DNA from: Octopus vulgaris
Taxonomy: Eukaryota
Length of the DNA stretch: 64,000 nucleotides
Reading direction: 5' to 3'
NCBI GenBank assembly: GCA_951406725.2
Contig: OX597814.1
Coordinates: forward strand, 28,024,001 to 28,088,000
This document shows positions 56,062 through 64,000 of the stretch, piece by piece (position 1 is the stretch's first letter; the number at the start of each line of letters is the position of its first letter). The notes under the pieces were generated by a model. The model saw only the letters and a program-made list of their open reading frames with translations. It had not been told where the DNA came from and did not search any database. A program made the position numbers and the translations under genes.

Positions 56062-56885
56062 CATGCATACATACATACAAACAAACAAACATACATGTAT
56101 ACATACACGCATACCTACACACATCCATACATGTATGCGTACATACATACATACAAGCATACATACATGCATACATACATACAAACATACATGCATGCAT
56201 ACATACATGCATACATACATACATACATACATACATACATGCATGCATACATACATACATACAAACATACATGCATACATACATGCATACATACATACAT
56301 ACATGCATGCATACATACATGCATGCATACATACATACATACATACATGCATACATGCATACATACATACATGCATACATACATACATACAAACATACAT
56401 GCATACATACATGCATACACACATACATACATACATACATGCATACATACATACATGCATACACACATACATACATACATGCATACACACATACATACAT
56501 ACATGCATGCATGCATGCATACATACAAACATACATGCATACATACATGCATACATACATACATACATGCATACATACATACATGCATACATGCATACAT
56601 ACATGCATACATACATACATACATACATACATACATACATACATACATGCATGCATACATGCATACATACATACATACATACATACATACATACATACAT
56701 ACATACATACATACATTATGGCTGCCCCTCGTTATCGAGTATAGCCATTGCACAAAGCTTACCTGTTACTGGTGCTGTGATCGAATGTGACTTTTTAGCC
56801 CAGCTAAAGATCTAGAATGTCTTGTACAGAATTGGCAACTAAAACCTTTACCGGTAATAGCCGGCTGTAGTTGTAACTGGGCTTC
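56062..56885 (-). mobile_element. RTE-type 3' end (56716-56885) followed on the minus strand by a ~650-bp (ATGT/ATGC)n array
   Basis: caatggctatactcgataacgaggggcagcc + (atgt)n; same terminus at ~61451. Confidence 0.6.
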
Positions 56886-56964
56886 ATACATACATACATA
56901 CATACATACATACATACATACATACATACATACATACATACATACATACTTACATACATAGCAG

Positions 56965-58065
56965 TCGGAATTTTCTTCTTACAACACGACTATCCCACAA
57001 TGCATTTACAATACCAGAGCTGATTCCAATATTTGAGATACGTGATTGATCTGTTGAGGAAATCCAAACCATAAAAATCCGCAAGATCCAGACATCGACT
57101 GGAGACTTCCACAGAAACAGTGATTTTGACAAGTTCTACCAAAGAAGAGGCGAGGAACGTAGAGGCTTGAAATCAGTGCAGACAGCTTTTGAATGTCGCA
57201 TAGGCTCTCTCTCTCTCTCAGACAGCACCTGCTAAACAACAACAGCAAAAATAAATACATAAACTTCATGCTGGAAAGCGAAGAGAACAACAACCTACGT
57301 GTTGGCAGTGAGTTTCTCAGTAATGACTCTCTCGCTGATGACTTTCTATACAACTCCAAAACAGCTGGACTATCATACCTCGAAGAAGATCCGGATAGGA
57401 AACGCTCAGCATACCAAAAGTATAAAAACATGTATGGGTATGTTTCCCGAAGACTTGAAGAAGACAGTTACATCAACTTGAAGTACAGCACTCTTGGACT
57501 CGTGATCGCTACATCACGTCATACTTTAAAAGTTATGTATTTGAAATCCAAGAATAAGAGATTGCCACAAAATACCCAGTATTTTCTAGCAACCAAAACA
57601 AAAGAGGGATTGAAATCCTTAGAGCCCCAAGATGCAACCGAAAATGAAGATTATGCTATATTTCTGTGGAAGACAGCACACGTGATTAACAGCTGCCTAA
57701 AAATGTCATGAAGGTACTACGTCCCTATGCGACAATAACATCGTTAAAACAATATATAACGCCATTCGAAAAAACAGACTCTCCCGAAATAAATATAGAG
57801 AACCCCCACCTGTTGTTGAATATATTCACAAACATCAACTGAAGGAATATTGGAAGGACATTTCCATCAAAACTTCTCTCAAATGTAAACATAATAGACC
57901 GGTTATTGTTGTTTGGGACAGACAAGAAGAAATAAGTACTGCCATAGAGATCAGCTGCCCTGCTTCATGTGAATATCTCCTCGAAACTCAATAACTATGA
58001 CAACTGGTTCGAGACCTCCAGTTTCTATATTCAGCTTATGAATTCAAATTTATACCAGTAATTAA
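56965..58065 (+). pseudogene. Decayed R4/Dong-like non-LTR retrotransposon (RT C-terminus, zinc-knuckle remnant, RLE)
   Basis: IRKIQTSTGDFHRNSDFDKFY..RGLKSV; HVINSCLKMS*RYYVPMR; NIVKTIYNAI; KHNRPVIVVWDRQEE..IEISCP; flanked by (CATA)n. Confidence 0.8.
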
Positions 58066-58331
58066 ACACAGAAGAGAACATACATGCATATGTACATTCA
58101 CTCATTCGTTCATCCATCCATCCATCCATCCATCCATCCATCCATCCATACATACATACATACATACATACATACATACATACATACATACAAAGCTGAT
58201 TCGAAGACTACAGATCCAATCCATCACTGGAACTGTAAAAATCTGTAAAACTCTCCAGAAGTTTATCATTTAAGTATATATGAGCATGTCTATATGCATG
58301 AGAATACGTATATAAAACATACAAATCTGCA

Positions 58332-59072
58332 CATACATACATACATACATACATACATACATACATACATGCATGCATACATACATACATACATACATAC
58401 ATACATACATACATACATACATACATACATACATACATACATACATACATACATACATACATACATACATACATACATACATACATACATACATACATAC
58501 ATACATACATACATACATACATACATACATACATACATACATACATACATACATACATACATACATACATACATACATACATACATACATACATACATAC
58601 ATACATACATACATACATACATACATACATACATACATACATACATACATACATACATACATACATACATACATACATACATACACATACATACATACAT
58701 ACATACATACATACATACATACATACATACATACATACATACATACATACATACATACATACATACATACATACATACATACACATACATACATACATAC
58801 ATACATACATACATACATACATACATACATACATACATACATACATACATACATACATACATACATACATACATGCATACATACATACATACATACATAC
58901 ATACATACATACATACATACATACATACATACATACACACATGCATGCATACATACATACATACATACATACATACATACATACACACATAAATACATAC
59001 ATACATAAATACATACATACATACATACATACATACATACATACATACATACATACATACATACATACATAC
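58332..59072. repeat. ~740-bp (CATA)n array
   Basis: Directly visible. Confidence 0.98.
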
Positions 59073-59429
59073 AAATATACATACCCTGTTGTTGATGTTG
59101 AAATTCCGTTCTTTCTCTATTGGCAAGAAATCTTGAAATGAACTGAACAATGGCGTACATAAATGAAAAAAATGTATGGTAAATAAACATACGACATAAC
59201 GTAAACTGAGTGTAAAAGCGGGTGGGAGACAAACAAAGAAGGTCCTTAATTCTTCATCGGCTATCAACCAATTGCTAATACACAGTTTCGCACTCACACA
59301 CACACGCGATAGGTTTTTTTTCCAGTTTCCGTCTGCCAAATCCCTCACAAGGCTATAATCGAAGACACTGACCCAACGTACCAGCCAGTGGGACTGAACC
59401 CGTAACTATTTTTCTTTTTTTTTTTTTTT

Positions 59430-59643
59430 TGTACTTGTTTCAGTCATTTGACTGTGGCCATGCTGGAGCACCGCCTTTTAGAGTGGTGAAAGAGTACAGC
59501 AGGGATCACCTCCTGCCGGAGCCTCGTGGAGCTTTTAGGTGTTTTCGCTCAATAAACACACACAACGCCCGGTCTGGGAATCGAAACCGCGATCCTCCGA
59601 CCGCAAGTTCGCTGCCCCAATCACTAGGCCATTGCGCCTCCAC
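59430..59643 (-). mobile_element. Chimera: SINE C head joined to SINE A tail
   Basis: C head 59643-59481 directly followed by aaggcggtgctccagcatggcc..gaaacaagta. Confidence 0.7.
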
Positions 59644-59719
59644 ATGTGGTAAACTATGTGGTAAAGAAGAAAACTTCTATGCACATAGCCAGTTCCTACT
59701 TTAGTAAATGTTTGAGTGG

Positions 59720-59909
59720 AAGGCGGCGATGTGGGAGAAACGTTAGCACGCTGGGCGAAATGTTTAGCGGTATTTCGAATGTCTTTACGTTCTGAGTTCA
59801 AATTCCGCCGAGGTCCACTTTGCCTTTCATCCTTTCGGGGTCGATTAAATAAGTACCAGTTACGCACTGGGGTCGATGTAATCGACTTAATCCGTTTGTC
59901 TGTCCTTGT
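59720..59909 (+). mobile_element. SINE family B (further copies at ~55705-55830, ~60378-60515 and ~62120-62500)
   Basis: Family B match. Confidence 0.85.
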
Positions 59910-61145
59910 ACGTATGTCAGATTGTCACACATGAGTTGGAAAATCACAGAGACAAAGTCACACATATATGTGCTCCAGCATGGCCCCAAGCAAATGGCTG
60001 AAACAAGTAAAAGAATATATTTCTCCACAACACCTCTTCCACCCAACCTATAATGATAAACATACATACGTACATGGCAGAAGTCAAGTGACCAAGGCAA
60101 CTTTCTAAACTCATTAAGCTTGTACGAATGTTCTGAGAGTCCAAGACGTTTCTGTCAGTGGATTTGTATTGAGGGGATGAACAGTTGCACAGCATTGAAC
60201 CCAATTTTCAGTGTAATCAGTAACACAACAGAAGGTGAGATAACCAGAAACCAACTACATTTCAGGGTTTTACACGAGTTTATTTTCTAGAAGGAAGTTC
60301 TAACGAGAATTAGGGGACCTTCAAGACATTTTTTCAACCCTTGTAAGAGGAGTTTCCGAAGTGTAGGAAGTTATCAGTGAGCTGACAGAATCTTTAGCAC
60401 GTCGGGCGAAATGCCGAGCGGTATTTCGTCTGCCGTTACGTTGTGAGTTCAATTTTCGCCGAGGTCGACTTTGCCTTTCATCCTTTCGGGGTCGATTAAT
60501 TAAGTACCAGTTACGCGAGAAGAAAATAGTAAACATGAAAAGGATACAGCCTTGATGGGTATTTTAGTTTTGTGTTCTAATCTCTCTAGAACCGAAATAA
60601 GGGATTTGCAGCGTATTAGGTCAGGGTACTTGATGGTGTTGTAGTTCGCATGATGTTGGGGTCCCAAAGCTGCGACCCAAGCAGGTGCTAGTACTCCAGG
60701 TTAGAGTAGACCTGGAAATAATAGTGGTTAAGAGGTGGTTCCACACTCCTCAAAGCCTCGGAGCCTCCGGACTAGGGCTCCCCTACAGGATGCAGCTTAC
60801 AGTCATTTGCTTTTTTTGTATGTGCTCCTTATGTCTGCTGACATGAAGGTAGGAAAATACTGTGCACCTGACGCCTATTCAGGTAAAAACATATATTCAC
60901 TATTGTCCTCTTGTCTCCAGAAAAAATCAAGACCAAAAAGAGTCCATCTTTTTCTTCATGTCATGTTAATTTTCAGTCGTTGTTTTAGTACTGGTTGCAA
61001 TTGCCGCTCGGTGTTTTTTTACTTCCGCTCGAAGAGAAGACAGTCTTAGTAAATAAAGAAGTTATTGTTTATAGTAGTTAGTAAACTTTTCTTCGTTTTT
61101 CTTGTCCGCTCTGAGTTCTTTATTGTCGCTCATTTTCTTGATTAT

Positions 61146-61230
<85 letters not shown>

Positions 61231-61420
61231 TATATACATACATACATACATACTTCCCTTCCTTGGATCTTTCCTTTTTCTATGTTTCTGACGAAGAGCT
61301 CCACCGGAAACGTTAAATCCTCTTTCCTTCGTTCCGTTCCTGAACGTCCAATAACACTATATTTGTTCCACGTCCTCGCGTTGTTGTGTTTTCCGTTTGT
61401 GTTTTCATGTTTGGATTAAC

Positions 61421-61450
<30 letters not shown>

Positions 61451-61451
<1 letters not shown>

Positions 61452-61995
61452 TGGTGGCTGCCCCCTCGTTATCAAGTATGGCCATTGCTCGAAGCTTAAT
61501 CAATGTTGTTATCGTGCAATGCCTGTGCAAGAAGATTTTTTTAAGTGAGGAAAGGCTGTGCACTGAGTCAATCTCACTAAGCAACAGCAGCCATAATCCG
61601 AAAAGAAGAACAAGTCAACATCATCGGAAACCACTGAGCCGCAGGTTTTATGTTGGAGTTATCCCAGTTACCTGAGTTACCTTCTCCTAGAAGGATGCCC
61701 TAACAAAGGCAGGAAGTCCTTCACTCCCAATGGTTTAATCGCGCGATCGGGTATTCAGTCGGATTATTTCTATGTCCCCGCGCATGATACAGCCTTAAGA
61801 CATTTATTGGATGGCCGTTGACTCTCAAGAGTTCCTCCGCCCTTTGACGGGTTTTGTTTTCCATCCCGCAGGGTGTCCAATAAACACCCTTCTCACCAAG
61901 CAAGCTTGGTGGGATTGCCGGTTTAGTCGCCGACGACCCGACCATGCAACAGGTTGTACTGGGTTACATGTTACCAGTAGCACCCGAAAGTGACC
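61451..61995 (-). mobile_element. Non-autonomous bipartite RTE-derived element (5' UTR-like + 3' end)
   Basis: gggcatccttctaggagaaggtaactc resembles the RTE 5' UTR motif; ends catacttgataacgagggggcagcc + (atgt)n; no convincing ORF. Confidence 0.6.
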
Positions 61996-62022
61996 TGACA
62001 CATAGATACATACATAGATACA

Positions 62023-62056
<34 letters not shown>

Positions 62057-62523
62057 CATACATATATACATACGTACACACACACGCGCGCGCACATAAA
62101 CAAGTATTGACAAAACGTCTTGAATAGGTACAAACCCGGAAATTTTGTGAAAGAGAACAGTTGATTATATCAAGCCCAGTACTTGACTGGTACTTTATTT
62201 TATCGATTCCAGAAAGATGGAAGGTACTGAGGACGATGTAATCGACTATTTCCCTCACCCAAATTTCAGGCATTGTGCTTATAATAGAAAAAAAAATTAT
62301 TACTGGAAATTTGAGGGCGGCGAGCTGGCAGATCATTTGCACGCCTGGCAAAGTGTTTAGCGTCATTTCGTTCTGAGTCCAAACGCCGAGGTCAAATTTG
62401 TTTTTCATCCCTTTGGGGGGTCGATAAAATAGGTACCAGTTGAACACTGGAGACCACCATTACCCGACATTACAGGCCTAGTGCCAAAATTGGAAACCAG
62501 TAAAAACTATAACTAACTGTTAT

Positions 62524-62687
62524 AGGCGTAGGAGTGGCTGTGTGGTAAGTAGCTTGCTAACCAACCACATGGTTGCGGGTTCAGTCCCACTGTGTGGCAC
62601 CTTGGACAGGTGTCTTCTGCTATAGCCTCGGGCCGACCAAAGTCTTGTGAGTGGATTTGATAGACAGAAACTGAAAGAAGCCCGTCG

Positions 62688-62730
<43 letters not shown>

Positions 62731-62980
62731 TTGTGTGTGTTTGTGTGTCTGAGTTTGTCCCCCAACATCGCTTGACAACCGATGCTGGTGAGTTTACGTC
62801 CCCGTAACTTAGCGGTTCGGCAAAAGACAACCGATTGAATAATAAGTACTAGGCTAGGCTTACAAAGAATAAAGTCCTGGGTGGTGGTGATGGTGGGGGG
62901 GGGTCGATTTTTCTCGACTTAAAAGGCGGTGCTCCAGCATGGCCGCAGTTCAAATGACTTGAAACAAGTAAAAGAGTAAA
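62524..62980 (+). mobile_element. SINE family A
   Basis: Family A match. Confidence 0.9.
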
Positions 62981-62999
62981 AAAAAAAAAAAGAAGTGTT

Positions 63000-63920
<921 letters not shown>

Positions 63921-64000
63921 CTGTGCTATGTTGGTGGTATTGCTAAAGGTTGTAAACTTCGACCACGACTTTCAGTACAACTTCAACAAAAACTGCTTTT

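Overview
AT-rich, repeat-dominated eukaryotic DNA with no intact protein-coding gene that I can support. The SINE repertoire, recognised from memory, points to an octopus/coleoid cephalopod intron or intergenic region. Nearly all listed ORFs are microsatellite or SINE translations. The window contains: (1) at least four tRNA-derived SINE families (my labels A-D), over 40 copies; (2) decayed LINE fragments: RTE, CR1-like, two R4/Dong-type restriction-like-endonuclease elements, and a Penelope-like (Naiad-like) RT/GIY-YIG relic; (3) non-autonomous Helitrons, one nested in another, and hAT/pogo-type MITEs; (4) large (TA)n, (CATA)n, (CTAT)n and (CTT)n arrays. The most notable layer is a set of small Penelope-type modules, mostly in or beside TA/CA microsatellites, that carry type I hammerhead ribozyme motifs from several unrelated families. 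These include a perfect 72-bp-arm palindrome with a hammerhead on each strand, two well-formed hammerheads, and a candidate natural G3-C8 core-swap variant. Also present are a 75-bp target-site duplication, two local ~215-220-bp inverted duplications, and a bipartite RTE-derived element. All folds were done by eye and family names come from memory, so both need database and experimental confirmation.
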